A stretch of DNA of 64,000 nt from the IMG/VR virus record IMGVR_UViG_3300025009_000052; one strand, written 5' to 3'. Shown piece after piece: positions 46,627-56,663 of this stretch; within the stretch, counting starts at the first letter, position 1, and each line of letters begins with the position of its first letter. This DNA comes from a virus. Position numbers and translations under genes: made by a program. Under the pieces are notes generated by a model that was not told where the DNA came from, did not search any database, and saw only the letters and a list, made by a program, of their open reading frames with translations.

Positions 46627-49600
46627 ATGAGCGAAATTAGATTTAGAAATAAAATTCCACCTAGTGCTGCTGCTTTAGGGAAAACAAAGGTTTTTGTAGA
46701 CTCTACTACAAAACAGTTAGCCTCTATTGATGAGAACGGCTTAGTATCTTACTATGGCGCTAATATTAACGACCCTAAAGTAATCACTGTTGCTAAAGTT
46801 GGCGGAGAATTTACTACAATCTCAGCAGCTTTAGACTCTATAATAGATTCAAGCATTACTAATCCATATGTCGTTATGGTTGGTCCTGGGGAATTCGTAG
46901 AACCTTTGTTGGTTGTTCCAGACGGAGTAGTGGTTACTGGATTTGATAATATATCTACAATAGTTGTGAGTGATGGTGGGGCACATAGTGTGTTTGACTT
47001 ACAAGGTCAAAGAGCATCCCTATCGTTTTTATCTATAAAAAATACTGCCTCTGGATATGCCGGTGTTATTCGTACTGGAAATTCTGAATGGGCACTAATA
47101 CACAAAATATCTTTTTATAATTGTGATATTGGGGTTCTAATTGATGCTAGTGGTGGAGATCAAGAATTTTATTTAGAATATGTAGATATGAGTGGTTCTT
47201 ATACAAATGCTGTAAAAATCACATCTTCTGGTGGAAATTATGCGTTTTGTAATCTAGAGAATTTTTATACTTATCCTACCGGAACCGGAACTAGCCCAGA
47301 AATACATTTAGAGGGCGTTAACTCTTCATTAGAGATCATAGGGGCTGCCATATCGGGCAACACAAACAATTGTGGAATATTAGTTACAGATGGTGCTTCG
47401 CTATTTGGAAACTCAATAGTATTCAATAATTGTGATAAGGGTGTCTGCTCGGACACTTCTGGAACTGGGGCTAGTATAATACTAACCGGAACTCAATTTC
47501 GTAATTGCACATTGAATTTAGATATAGATAACGCAAATACAGTTGGATACTATTCCGGCTATATGGAATATAGTAAAGCAAATATTGATTCGGACTCTGT
47601 ATTTTTCATAACCAATCGAGATACTAAGATAGTTACGGTTGCAAAAAAAGGTGGAGATTTTATTTCTATAGAAGATGCTTTAGATGCGATAGTAGACTCA
47701 TCTAATTCAAATAGGTATCTTATCACTATTGGGCCAGGAACTTTTACAGAAAATCCCTTGATTTTTAAAGAAGGTATAAGCTTAGAAGGTGCGGGCGAAA
47801 AAAATACAATAATTTCTTGCAATACATCTACGGGTACGGCAATTACAGGTATCCCCAGAGGTTACATTTCTAATTTGACACTTACTGGAACTTCAGGTGT
47901 AGGTGGAAAATTAATACAACTTTATGGCTCAGCTTCTTTTGATTCGATGACGATATCCCGATGCACAATTGATAGTGGAGAAACTTTAGTAAATTTAGAT
48001 TCTAGTTTAGGTGGTGTTGGTCAATTATTATTCAATGATTGTACCTTTGGAACAGATTGGACAACTTGCTTTAAAATTGTTGGGGCTGGAAATCCAGCAT
48101 ATCCTTCTATTATAAGTGTTATTAATACAAATATGAGTAATACTAATACAAGTGGATCACCAGTTGGTATTGATATTTCTGGCTTAGGTGTTCAATTCAT
48201 TTTATCTACGGCGTTATCAGCACAATATAGTGGTTTAGGTACTTTTGCTAAAGTATCTGATGGTGCTGTTTTAAGGAGTAGTGGTATAGGCGTAGAAGGT
48301 TTTAATATAGGAATTAATACATTAAATCAAGGTAGTGCCCCTGTAATTCAGTTTTTAGGAGATATAAATTGCATTTCATATGATTATTTAATAGATCATC
48401 CTGGTACAACAGGATTTGGCTCTGGCTCTGCTCACAAAGAGAAAATATCAGTTGATGAAAGTTCAAGTTTTGCTTTAAATATTTCTGGTGGAAACGATGC
48501 TGGACAGGTTGTATTACAAAGCATATATCAAGGAGATAGATACGATAGACTTATTAATTTAAGTAAATTGGTTCGTGAAGAGGCTACTGTTGGTTTAATA
48601 TATGGAGGAGAATTAACAGTTGGAAGTGGAGAAAGAGAGGTAGATATTGCTGCTGGATCAGGATTTTTAATTGATTCTACTGGCAATTTTATTAAAGAGA
48701 TTATGTGGGAGGATACTACGCTTATAGTACCAGCTTTATCAGAATCTTATATATATATCAATACAAACTCAGTTGTTTCTCAATCATCTAGTCAGCCTAA
48801 TACCTTGAATAACATTTTTTTAGGAAGAGTGTTGTCTGATACTACAGATTTTGACATCGTTGCTCAGTCTCCCATAATTATGAAACAAATGAGCAATAAT
48901 GTTGAGGATATGCTAAGGATTGCATTTGGCGGTATCTTTGTTTCTGGTAGTATTGTCTCTGAAAACACCACAACTCCAAGACAATTAGATGTATCTAATG
49001 GTCAATATTATTTTGGAACATTAACTTTTAACCCTTCTGGAGGTACATCTGTACCTTTCATTCAATATTATAAAACAGCAACAACTGGGTATCACCATAT
49101 TGATAATGTAACTACAATTAATGATAAGTACGATGACGGTAGTGGTACTTTAGCTGATTTGGGTGCTGGTGAATTTGCCAAACATTCATTATACTTGGTT
49201 GGGGATGGGGTTAATGAAAAATATCTTTTTGTTTATTCTCAAAATAAATACGCAAGTTTAGTTTTAGCTACAAACGCTGGTATTCCTATACCCCCATCTC
49301 ACATAACAGACTCTATAGTCTTAATAGCTACAATAATTACTCAAGGCGGAGAAGTAAATTTAGAGCAAATTTCTGATGAGAGACCTAGATTAGGTTTTAA
49401 ACCTAGTAATTTAAGTGCAGTATCGAATCATGGTGATTTAACTGGTTTGACAGCCGATGACCATACTCATTATTTCTTAGTCTCTGGTGGTAGGGCTATG
49501 GCTGGTACTTTAGACATGGGAACTAATAATATCACTAATGCTGGAACAGTTAACGGTGTTACCATTGAAACACACCAATCCAGACACCTTCCTAATGGTG

Positions 49601-50418
49601 GAGATCCCTTAACTACAGCAGCTCCAACAACAAATTTAACCTTATCTACCACTAATGGAGAGGGTAATGCAAATTCATTGGCGAGATCAAACCACTCTCA
49701 TGCCTTAACCGCTGGTGTTGTATCTAGTCAGATTCCAGATCAAGCCAATGCAGAAGGTTCTAGCGCCAATATAGCTAGGGCAGATCATATTCATAATATT
49801 CCCACTGCTACTGTAAGCTCCGTAGGTTCCGCAAACGCTAAAGGAAGTGCTGCTAGTTTTGCTCTTTCTGATCATGTACATAATCATGGAGACCAAACAG
49901 TTACTACTCACCATGCTGTTGCCACTACAAGTGCTAATGGTTTTATGTCTAGTACTGACAAGACAAAACTTGATAATATGCAAGCATTGGTTACATCTAC
50001 AACGCAAGCATCTACAGTAATTACTTATGAAAGTATAGTTCAACTTACCACCCCATCTCTTGCTATAGGGACATACACATTCAAAGCTATTGTAATAGCA
50101 CAAAGCGTTGCAACACAAACAGGTAGTGGTTTTAGATTAGGAGTAGGTACGGCTAGTATAGGCTCAGTAGGAGCAAAATGGCACCTTCCACAGTCAGGAA
50201 ATGGCACAGATCAAGCATATGTTTATGACCAAACTTCACCGACAGACGATGTTTCTTCTACTACTTTTCCAGCAGCTAATACTAATCAAATAGTTATTGG
50301 AGATGGTGTATTTACTATTTCCTCTCCAGGTACTATTGCTATACAATTTAGAAGTGAAACTGGCGGTGCAATTACTGTTCAAACAAATTCTGTATTTCAG
50401 TTATGGAAGGTAGCTTAA
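46627..50418 (+). CDS. Tail fibre/spike with two pectin-lyase-like beta-helix modules
   Basis: Duplicated ITVAK.GG.F..I..ALD.I.DSS..N.Y....GPG.F.E; HGDLTGLTADDH, ARADHIH, GFMSSTDKTKLD fibre motifs. Confidence 0.8.
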   Translation: MSEIRFRNKIPPSAAALGKTKVFVDSTTKQLASIDENGLVSYYGANINDPKVITVAKVGGEFTTISAALDSIIDSSITNPYVVMVGPGEFVEPLLVVPDGVVVTGFDNISTIVVSDGGAHSVFDLQGQRASLSFLSIKNTASGYAGVIRTGNSEWALIHKISFYNCDIGVLIDASGGDQEFYLEYVDMSGSYTNAVKITSSGGNYAFCNLENFYTYPTGTGTSPEIHLEGVNSSLEIIGAAISGNTNNCGILVTDGASLFGNSIVFNNCDKGVCSDTSGTGASIILTGTQFRNCTLNLDIDNANTVGYYSGYMEYSKANIDSDSVFFITNRDTKIVTVAKKGGDFISIEDALDAIVDSSNSNRYLITIGPGTFTENPLIFKEGISLEGAGEKNTIISCNTSTGTAITGIPRGYISNLTLTGTSGVGGKLIQLYGSASFDSMTISRCTIDSGETLVNLDSSLGGVGQLLFNDCTFGTDWTTCFKIVGAGNPAYPSIISVINTNMSNTNTSGSPVGIDISGLGVQFILSTALSAQYSGLGTFAKVSDGAVLRSSGIGVEGFNIGINTLNQGSAPVIQFLGDINCISYDYLIDHPGTTGFGSGSAHKEKISVDESSSFALNISGGNDAGQVVLQSIYQGDRYDRLINLSKLVREEATVGLIYGGELTVGSGEREVDIAAGSGFLIDSTGNFIKEIMWEDTTLIVPALSESYIYINTNSVVSQSSSQPNTLNNIFLGRVLSDTTDFDIVAQSPIIMKQMSNNVEDMLRIAFGGIFVSGSIVSENTTTPRQLDVSNGQYYFGTLTFNPSGGTSVPFIQYYKTATTGYHHIDNVTTINDKYDDGSGTLADLGAGEFAKHSLYLVGDGVNEKYLFVYSQNKYASLVLATNAGIPIPPSHITDSIVLIATIITQGGEVNLEQISDERPRLGFKPSNLSAVSNHGDLTGLTADDHTHYFLVSGGRAMAGTLDMGTNNITNAGTVNGVTIETHQSRHLPNGGDPLTTAAPTTNLTLSTTNGEGNANSLARSNHSHALTAGVVSSQIPDQANAEGSSANIARADHIHNIPTATVSSVGSANAKGSAASFALSDHVHNHGDQTVTTHHAVATTSANGFMSSTDKTKLDNMQALVTSTTQASTVITYESIVQLTTPSLAIGTYTFKAIVIAQSVATQTGSGFRLGVGTASIGSVGAKWHLPQSGNGTDQAYVYDQTSPTDDVSSTTFPAANTNQIVIGDGVFTISSPGTIAIQFRSETGGAITVQTNSVFQLWKVA

Positions 50419-50807
50419 TGATTGTAAATGGGATCACCATATTATCTCCTACACATTTAGAACAAATTATTGTTGATATGGATAATCCAAATAAAGACTG
50501 TTTGAGAATGTGTTATTGTAAGGAATTAGAAGAAATTACACTAAAGATAAATGATAGAATCCAATACTTTCAATCTGTAGCTACCCCATTGTTAATAGAT
50601 TTATATTCTACAAATACCACAGCAGGAATTACATTAGAACAATCAGATCAGATGTTTGATGATTATGCAGATGTATTAACTAGAATAAAAGAAGGCGCTT
50701 TTCCAACAGCTTATTATAGATTGTGCCAAAAACAACCTGAAGGGTTTGTAACGCAAGGTCTTATTGATTCTTGGAAATCCAAGATTTTGAAATACTTACA
50801 AGGATAA
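50418..50807 (+). CDS. Probable tail fibre assembly protein
   Basis: Coupled (TAATG) to the fibre gene. Confidence 0.5.
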   Translation: MIVNGITILSPTHLEQIIVDMDNPNKDCLRMCYCKELEEITLKINDRIQYFQSVATPLLIDLYSTNTTAGITLEQSDQMFDDYADVLTRIKEGAFPTAYYRLCQKQPEGFVTQGLIDSWKSKILKYLQG

Positions 50808-50809
50808 TT

Positions 50810-51304
50810 ATGAAAAAAATGATAATAGGATTCTCAAGACCTAAGGGAAAAGCTTTTCCTTGGTTTAGTTGGGTAATAAGGGCTAAACAGGGATTTACTC
50901 GATATTCTCATGTGTATGTAAAATTCTCTTCATTATCTATCCAAAGAGAGATTATATATCAGGCTAGTGGAACACAGGTTAACTATATCGGTAGTGTTTT
51001 ATTTTATAAGCACGTTCATGTTGTTGAGGAATTTGAAATAGAAATCAGTGACGAGCAATACCTTAAAATGATGCAATATATGGTGGATAATGCTGGAAAA
51101 CCGTATAGTATAAAAAATATACTTGCCAATGTTTTTAGAAGCGAAAAATTACTAGACGGAGATGAAGGATTTGTTTGTTCTGAATTGGCAGGAGATATTT
51201 TAGAAAAATTTAAAGGACTTGTTTTTGACAAGCCATTGGATATAATACAGCCAAAAGATGTTTATATCGTTTTAAAAACACTCCAAAACAACGACCTTAT
51301 TTAG
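50810..51304 (+). CDS. Permuted papain-like (NlpC/P60, YiiX-like) amidase/peptidase
   Basis: RYSHVYV (His), AGKPY, FVCSELA (Cys). Confidence 0.8.
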   Translation: MKKMIIGFSRPKGKAFPWFSWVIRAKQGFTRYSHVYVKFSSLSIQREIIYQASGTQVNYIGSVLFYKHVHVVEEFEIEISDEQYLKMMQYMVDNAGKPYSIKNILANVFRSEKLLDGDEGFVCSELAGDILEKFKGLVFDKPLDIIQPKDVYIVLKTLQNNDLI

Positions 51305-51677
51305 CGGCTTGGCCAATAGCCCAACCACTTAAAATTGTTAAAACAACCCCACCACCAAAGTATAGATAATCATTGTAGGTTGACCAACGTTTTTGTTTCA
51401 TAACTCTTTCTTCTAATTCATAACTAGTATCTCTCCAGTTCTTAATTCTTTCGTCGGCTATTTTAATAGTCAAGTCCTTTAATTCTATGGACTTATTAAG
51501 TTCTTGAACCTGTTGTTCCCTTAGCTTACTTTCTTCAACAAGTTTACCCACCTTCAAATGACAGTTTTTGGGATAAAGAAACCCGTCTTTTGTTTCTACT
51601 ATTGCTGACCATTGACACTCAGCTAAGCAATTAAAACTCAGAAACATTGTTAATAATACTATTATTATTTTTTTCAT
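51297..51677 (-). CDS. Secreted coiled-coil protein with C-terminal TM (spanin-like)
   Basis: Signal peptide MKKIIIVLL..., coiled coil, C-terminal YLYFGGGVVLTILSGW. Confidence 0.5.
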   Translation of the reverse strand: MKKIIIVLLTMFLSFNCLAECQWSAIVETKDGFLYPKNCHLKVGKLVEESKLREQQVQELNKSIELKDLTIKIADERIKNWRDTSYELEERVMKQKRWSTYNDYLYFGGGVVLTILSGWAIGQAAK

Positions 51678-52278
51678 TTTCTTTCTCCTTATTTTCTATT
51701 TTTGAGATTAAACTAGCTACCTCATCTTCACTAACAAATCTTCCCCAAGCATCCCACCCCACATGGATCATATTGTCTTTTACTTTTTCTAAAGAATGAA
51801 CATGACCGTGAATCAATATATTGCCATTATCTATGGGCATTAAATCTTTAAACCTTACCTTATCTAAATCAAAAGCCCCTTCTAATTCGGGCGTAGTTTT
51901 CATATTGATATAGTACTTGAGATAAGGCAAATGACTAATTTTAACCAAACGGCCCTGTATTTTAATTGTCATTTCTTCACAAACCCAATCGAAACCTAAG
52001 GATAACATTCTGCTAGATGATCTATCATGATTACCCCTCACAAGTATTTTTTTTCCTGGCCTATCGTGAATATCTGGATAATCGCTAGAACCAAAAGTAA
52101 AGTCCCCTACAATTATGATTGTATCTTCTGGTTTTACGATTTTAAACCAATGATCCCTAATTGCTTTGTCCATTTCTTCTATAGTACTAAACTTACGGTT
52201 AGGACAGTACTTCAAAATATTTTTGTGTTTTTCGTGCAAATCAGAACTAAGCCATATTCTGCCTATTTTTTGTGCCAA
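51631..52278 (-). CDS. Calcineurin-like metallophosphoesterase
   Basis: SSDLH, VGDF, RGNHD, SHLP, IHGHVH. Confidence 0.92.
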   Translation of the reverse strand: MAQKIGRIWLSSDLHEKHKNILKYCPNRKFSTIEEMDKAIRDHWFKIVKPEDTIIIVGDFTFGSSDYPDIHDRPGKKILVRGNHDRSSSRMLSLGFDWVCEEMTIKIQGRLVKISHLPYLKYYINMKTTPELEGAFDLDKVRFKDLMPIDNGNILIHGHVHSLEKVKDNMIHVGWDAWGRFVSEDEVASLISKIENKEKENEKNNNSIINNVSEF

Positions 52279-52547
52279 TTTACATCTCCTTCTGAATTAT
52301 TACTACTGTTTATTTGATTTTGAATACCTTGAGCGTTTTCTTGATGTACACTTGCGGCTCCAGTAGCCGAAGCTTGTTGTTGAGCCAACGTGTTATCTGT
52401 CTGTTGGGTATTATTAATAGTATCAGTAGCTTTACCTGAATTATAATCTAACACTAACTTAACAATAAAACCAAAAGCTACTAAGGGTAAAAAAACATAA
52501 AACAAAACTCTATTTTTATTCCATAAATTTGTTAACCACTCTATCAT
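52263..52547 (-). CDS. i-spanin-like membrane protein
   Basis: N-terminal TM followed by a Q/N-rich helical segment. Confidence 0.45.
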   Translation of the reverse strand: MIEWLTNLWNKNRVLFYVFLPLVAFGFIVKLVLDYNSGKATDTINNTQQTDNTLAQQQASATGAASVHQENAQGIQNQINSSNNSEGDVNWHKK

Positions 52548-52557
52548 AATTTACTCC

Positions 52558-52803
52558 TTAAGGTTTAACATTAGTACTATCCTGTTTATTTGTTGGATCG
52601 GTATTTCTTCTTAAAACGTATACCCCACCTAAGGCACATACCGATGCTGAGAAGTCTACTCCAGTAAAGACCGCAAAAGAAAAACCCTTGATGGTTAATC
52701 CAGATAATAACAATTTAATACAGACCACAATAAATCCTAAAACAAAAGCTGTCATGGTTACAGAAGGATCTCCCTTAGAATCTTTAATTAAAGGTAAGCT
52801 CAT
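52558..52803 (-). CDS. Holin-like protein with 2 TM segments
   Basis: DSKGDPSVTMT + TM, second TM, charged tail. Confidence 0.55.
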   Translation of the reverse strand: MSLPLIKDSKGDPSVTMTAFVLGFIVVCIKLLLSGLTIKGFSFAVFTGVDFSASVCALGGVYVLRRNTDPTNKQDSTNVKP

Positions 52804-52814
52804 TTTTATCTCCT

Positions 52815-53024
52815 TTAGGCTACCAAATCATATTGAAAAGTACTAGTTCTTTCATTTTCTTTTTCTTTCATGCTAATAGCTAGATTACAACACTCTATGC
52901 CCTGATTAATATAAGTCACTGCGATATCAAAACAACCCTTATTTTGCATTGCTTTGGCTATAAGCATGTATGACCTAGCCTGGCCTTCTAGAAGCTCAAT
53001 TTTAGTCCATTTTTCATCTTTCAT
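52815..53024 (-). CDS. Hypothetical protein
   Basis: AAGGAG before MKDEKW. Confidence 0.55.
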   Translation of the reverse strand: MKDEKWTKIELLEGQARSYMLIAKAMQNKGCFDIAVTYINQGIECCNLAISMKEKENERTSTFQYDLVA

Positions 53025-53068
53025 ACAATCTCTCCTTACGGAGATCTTACCACACAAAAGTAATTTAG

Positions 53069-53578
53069 TCAAATTCGCCTCCAATTTGGCTCTTTTGCTT
53101 CAAAAATCCATTTACTAGAAAACGTCTCAATTAAGAATTGAACATTCAAATAAGAACCTGGGGTATGGGCCAATTTAGTAATCTCACTAGGAACTTTTCC
53201 AAACTTAGCTTTAAGCCAATTGTCAATCCAAGGATCTTCGATCAATAAAATATTAGATTCTTGCACTTGTTCTTCTTTTTTGGGAGAATCTAATTCAACA
53301 TATTCACTTGCTAAGGCCCCTCGATAGTCGTCTTCAACACATTCTTTCCATCCGGCATGTTTTCCTTTTCCTTTTCTCCCTTCTTCTGTTGTAAGGGCTA
53401 AGACAACTTTTTTTAAATAAGATAGGGCTTCTTCGTAGGAAATATCGCCAGACTTAAAACTAGAAGCTAATTCTCCTACTATTTCAAGCCTTTCTTTATG
53501 GATATACCGAATGTTATCATTTTCTCTAACATAATTAAGCCATAAATCAAATAATTGGTCGGAGGTATACTTACTCAT
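53069..53578 (-). CDS. Hypothetical protein
   Basis: Coupled to the upstream gene. Confidence 0.6.
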   Translation of the reverse strand: MSKYTSDQLFDLWLNYVRENDNIRYIHKERLEIVGELASSFKSGDISYEEALSYLKKVVLALTTEEGRKGKGKHAGWKECVEDDYRGALASEYVELDSPKKEEQVQESNILLIEDPWIDNWLKAKFGKVPSEITKLAHTPGSYLNVQFLIETFSSKWIFEAKEPNWRRI

Positions 53579-54134
53579 CTTTTTTATTCCTTAACTCTTC
53601 CTTAACTTTTTTCCACTTTTCAGTAGCGGTCGTCTTTTTGGTTTTATTAGTTTTTTTAGCGTAAGACAATCCGGTGTCATAATAAGCCAATACCTTATCT
53701 TCCTGAGCTTTGAAAAAATCCCTAGAACACTTTTTATTTAAAATTTCTACGGTATTTGGGTGAATTAACTTATAAACACCACCTTTTCTATTAGTAGGTT
53801 CCCTAAGAGTTTCAATATACTGAGACTGATGTAATTTACTTTTAAAGTCAATATATTTGCTACCGGATATTTTATCGCCTCTTCCATTAGTGTCTTCTTT
53901 TAAAAGCTTAATAAACCCTCTTTGTGATAAAACAAAGGTCATACTTTTTTGGGTAAAGATAGAGTTTAGTAGGGTTGCTAATAATCTTCCATCTACATTG
54001 TCTGATGAATAAGCTTCTTTTAAAATCAACATAAGCTCTGGATCTTTAATTTCAGACAATTTAGTTGTGTATTTAAGTAACAAAGAATTGGTCTTGTCTA
54101 AAAAGTCTCCAAAAATATCGGTGTATGTGAACAT
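53571..54134 (-). CDS. Hypothetical basic protein, possible winged-helix origin-binding protein
   Basis: Helix-rich with wing-like IETLREPTNRKGGVYKL; adjacent to iteron-like repeats. Confidence 0.4.
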   Translation of the reverse strand: MFTYTDIFGDFLDKTNSLLLKYTTKLSEIKDPELMLILKEAYSSDNVDGRLLATLLNSIFTQKSMTFVLSQRGFIKLLKEDTNGRGDKISGSKYIDFKSKLHQSQYIETLREPTNRKGGVYKLIHPNTVEILNKKCSRDFFKAQEDKVLAYYDTGLSYAKKTNKTKKTTATEKWKKVKEELRNKKDE

Positions 54135-54189
54135 AAAACCCCTTTCAAACTAATATACCACAAATTTACAAAGTTTTTAATTTTTTACA

Positions 54190-54350
54190 TAAAGTAAGTA
54201 AATTAAAATAAAGTATAAATATATATAAAGTAAAGTAAGTAAAGTAACATGAACAAAATCGTCTACCAAATCAACACTTTTTCTTCTACCCAACTCACAC
54301 TTTTTCTTCTACCAAATAGTCTACCCAGATGTCTACCCAGATGTCTACCT
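54190..54350. repeat. AT-rich AAAGTA repeats plus six TCTACC iteron-like repeats (putative origin)
   Basis: TCTACC at 54262, 54285, 54308, 54320, 54332, 54344; between divergent promoters. Confidence 0.7.
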
Positions 54351-54468
54351 AAAATTGTGTTCCATTTCTTCTTTGAAGTCTTACATTAATTAACGATGGT
54401 TCTCAATAAATCTTATTGTATATCTATTTTACTAATTTTTGTGGTATATAGATGTATATGGAGGAATT

Positions 54469-54912
54469 ATGTCGAAAATTTCCTTAAATGACGATGGAAC
54501 TGCAACGTTTTATATCAATGTAGTTGGTGAAAATTCTAAAGAAACATACTTAGGTACATTTACTGTAAAGTGTTTTTTATCCCCTTTAGAGTTTGTAAAG
54601 GCCGATAAGCTTTATAGAGATTTACTGGGCCCAGATTTACAGAATGCTCATTCAGTAGCTAGAAGTACTAGTTTTGCGTTCGCCCAATTACAACAAAGAG
54701 TTATTAAATGTCCTCCCTTTTGGGAAAATAAAGAGATTGGCGGTGGACATATAAAAGATAATAACGTTTTATCAGAAGTTTTAGAGCTATCATTCATGGC
54801 CCAAGACGAGTTTGTAAAAAGTAAAGAAAGGGAAGTTGAAGATATGCAGAAATCTTTAACAGATAGTATAAGAAACGGCAAAATAGCTAAGGAAGATACT
54901 GGCGATGAGTAA
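54469..54912 (+). CDS. Probable tail assembly chaperone
   Basis: Y.GTFTVKC.LS......D...R.LLG...L..RVI..P.FW pattern of myophage pre-tape-measure chaperones. Confidence 0.5.
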   Translation: MSKISLNDDGTATFYINVVGENSKETYLGTFTVKCFLSPLEFVKADKLYRDLLGPDLQNAHSVARSTSFAFAQLQQRVIKCPPFWENKEIGGGHIKDNNVLSEVLELSFMAQDEFVKSKEREVEDMQKSLTDSIRNGKIAKEDTGDE

Positions 54913-55297
54913 GAGTTTTGACATTTTTTATGCCTCTCAGTTGGAAGCTATTTACCATAAGTTAAATAGTTCCGATATTACACTTGAAGGTAAGGTTCGT
55001 AGGTGGTACGCATCTACCCTAGGAATATCATTTTCGGATACATTTAATTTGAGTTGGCCACATTTATTACAACAGTATTATCAAAATCAGGTTGAGAGTT
55101 CTGATTATAATAAGATTTACGATTTAGCTATACAAACTTATATTCCAGAATTAGCTACCGAAATTGAAGAGGAATTGCAAGATTTTGCAGATTCTTTAGC
55201 TGACGAACAAGAAAGAACTCTCAATAGGAAAAACAAAAAGGAATTGAAAGTACCTGAGTATAATATTGATTTTGAGGAGGAAGATTTAGATGAGTAA
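54905..55297 (+). CDS. Probable second tail assembly chaperone
   Basis: RRWYA..LGI......L....LL..YY plus acidic tail. Confidence 0.4.
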   Translation: MSKSFDIFYASQLEAIYHKLNSSDITLEGKVRRWYASTLGISFSDTFNLSWPHLLQQYYQNQVESSDYNKIYDLAIQTYIPELATEIEEELQDFADSLADEQERTLNRKNKKELKVPEYNIDFEEEDLDE

Positions 55298-55568
55298 TGA
55301 ATCTTATTTGTTTCGTGTTGGTATGAAGAAAATGAAAGAAGGCGAGTATTTTTCTGAGATAGTTATTTCTAACGAAATTTTCGAGAAACTTATTTGTGAG
55401 TCTAATAATCAAAGAACCTATAGAAACAGAGGTTTCAAAGATATTATTGGAGAATCATATTTTCTTGAAACCGAAGTTGGTCAGATATATAAAACAGAAG
55501 TTGTTAGGGTTTGGAACGAGGATAAGTTATTGGAATATATGAAAACAGGAAGGAAGGTCTGCTCATGA
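55290..55568 (+). CDS. Hypothetical protein
   Basis: Overlap-coupled in operon. Confidence 0.55.
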   Translation: MSNESYLFRVGMKKMKEGEYFSEIVISNEIFEKLICESNNQRTYRNRGFKDIIGESYFLETEVGQIYKTEVVRVWNEDKLLEYMKTGRKVCS

Positions 55569-56455
55569 TAAATATACTTTCTTTATTTTCTGGTATAGAG
55601 GGAACTACTTGTAATTTACCTAAAGATAAGTTTAAGGTAGTGGCTTTTTCTGAAATATGGGCACCGGCTATTTCCGTTCTAAAGTACAACTATACCCAAG
55701 TCCCTAACCTTGGAGATATAACTAAAATTGATGAGAAATCTCTGTCCAATATTCCTAAAATCGATATGATTACAGGGGGTTGGCCATGTTCGGGGAATAG
55801 TTATCAAGGGTCTAGGCTAGGACTAGATAATGTTGAGACCAAGCTATTTTACGAGATTGTTAGGCTATTAAAATTAATTCAGCCCAAGTATTTTTTATTA
55901 GAAAACGTTAAGGGATTGATTACCGTAAACGGAGGAAAAGATTATGAAATCGTCCAAAGAGAACTTAGAGATGCCGGATATGAAATCGATTGTGAGTTAT
56001 TCAACTCAGTACATTTTGGAACAAGACAAGCAAGGGAGCGAGTGTTTATATTGGGAACCAGAAAAGACCTTGAACAAGTTAGATTATATCGCACTTTACA
56101 TGATTACGAAGAGCCTAAGCAAATTAAAAATAAGAAAATAGTTGCCGTTTCTAAATCTAATAGAATAGATCACTTGGACGCTAGAATTCGTGAAGACGGA
56201 TATATAAATACTCTAACTAAAGGAATAGGAGGTAGAGGACAAAGTACCTGCAATTATGTTGTAGAAGGTAGTAAAATCAGACTGTTGAATACAGAAGAAT
56301 GTGAACTACTAATGACACTTCCAATTGAATGGACTAAGTTTGGCTTAACGCCGGATTTAAAGATCGTTGAAATATCAGAAATAAATCGGTATAAAATGCT
56401 TGGAAATTCTATTGTAGCAAATATTCCCCCACATATTCTTAAAAATATTTCTTGA
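55565..56455 (+). CDS. DNA (cytosine-5) methyltransferase
   Basis: LSLFSGI, GDIT, GGWPC, LENV, QARERVF, LGNS motifs. Confidence 0.93.
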   Translation: MINILSLFSGIEGTTCNLPKDKFKVVAFSEIWAPAISVLKYNYTQVPNLGDITKIDEKSLSNIPKIDMITGGWPCSGNSYQGSRLGLDNVETKLFYEIVRLLKLIQPKYFLLENVKGLITVNGGKDYEIVQRELRDAGYEIDCELFNSVHFGTRQARERVFILGTRKDLEQVRLYRTLHDYEEPKQIKNKKIVAVSKSNRIDHLDARIREDGYINTLTKGIGGRGQSTCNYVVEGSKIRLLNTEECELLMTLPIEWTKFGLTPDLKIVEISEINRYKMLGNSIVANIPPHILKNIS

Positions 56456-56480
56456 CTTTTTTATTGATTTCGGTTAGTAT
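56452..56480 (+). promoter_or_regulatory. Sigma70-type promoter
   Basis: TTGACT-N17-TAGTAT. Confidence 0.7.
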
Positions 56481-56497
56481 TAAATAACGGAGTCAAT

Positions 56498-56644
56498 ATG
56501 AAAGAAAATCAAGAAAATATCGTTTATGTAGTAGATTTTAAAAACAAACAAGTTCTTATGGTAGTTAAAGATGCATTACCTAGGGATGTTGAAACCATCA
56601 ATCAATTGGTTGAAAAACTAGAAGAAGAATTGAAAGCAGCGTAA
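56498..56644 (+). CDS. 48-aa hypothetical protein
   Basis: Hand translation MKENQENIVYVVDFKNKQ...EELKAA; GGAG RBS. Confidence 0.6.
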   Translation: MKENQENIVYVVDFKNKQVLMVVKDALPRDVETINQLVEKLEEELKAA

Positions 56645-56663
56645 TAGTTAATAGGAGGAACGT

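Noticed and set aside
12157-54468. Track starts such as MWYN (12192), MVY (18496), MVIY (31802), MWYI (54439)
   Set aside because: These GTG/TTG codons lie inside the TGTGGTA extended -10 motif; downstream ATGs were used instead
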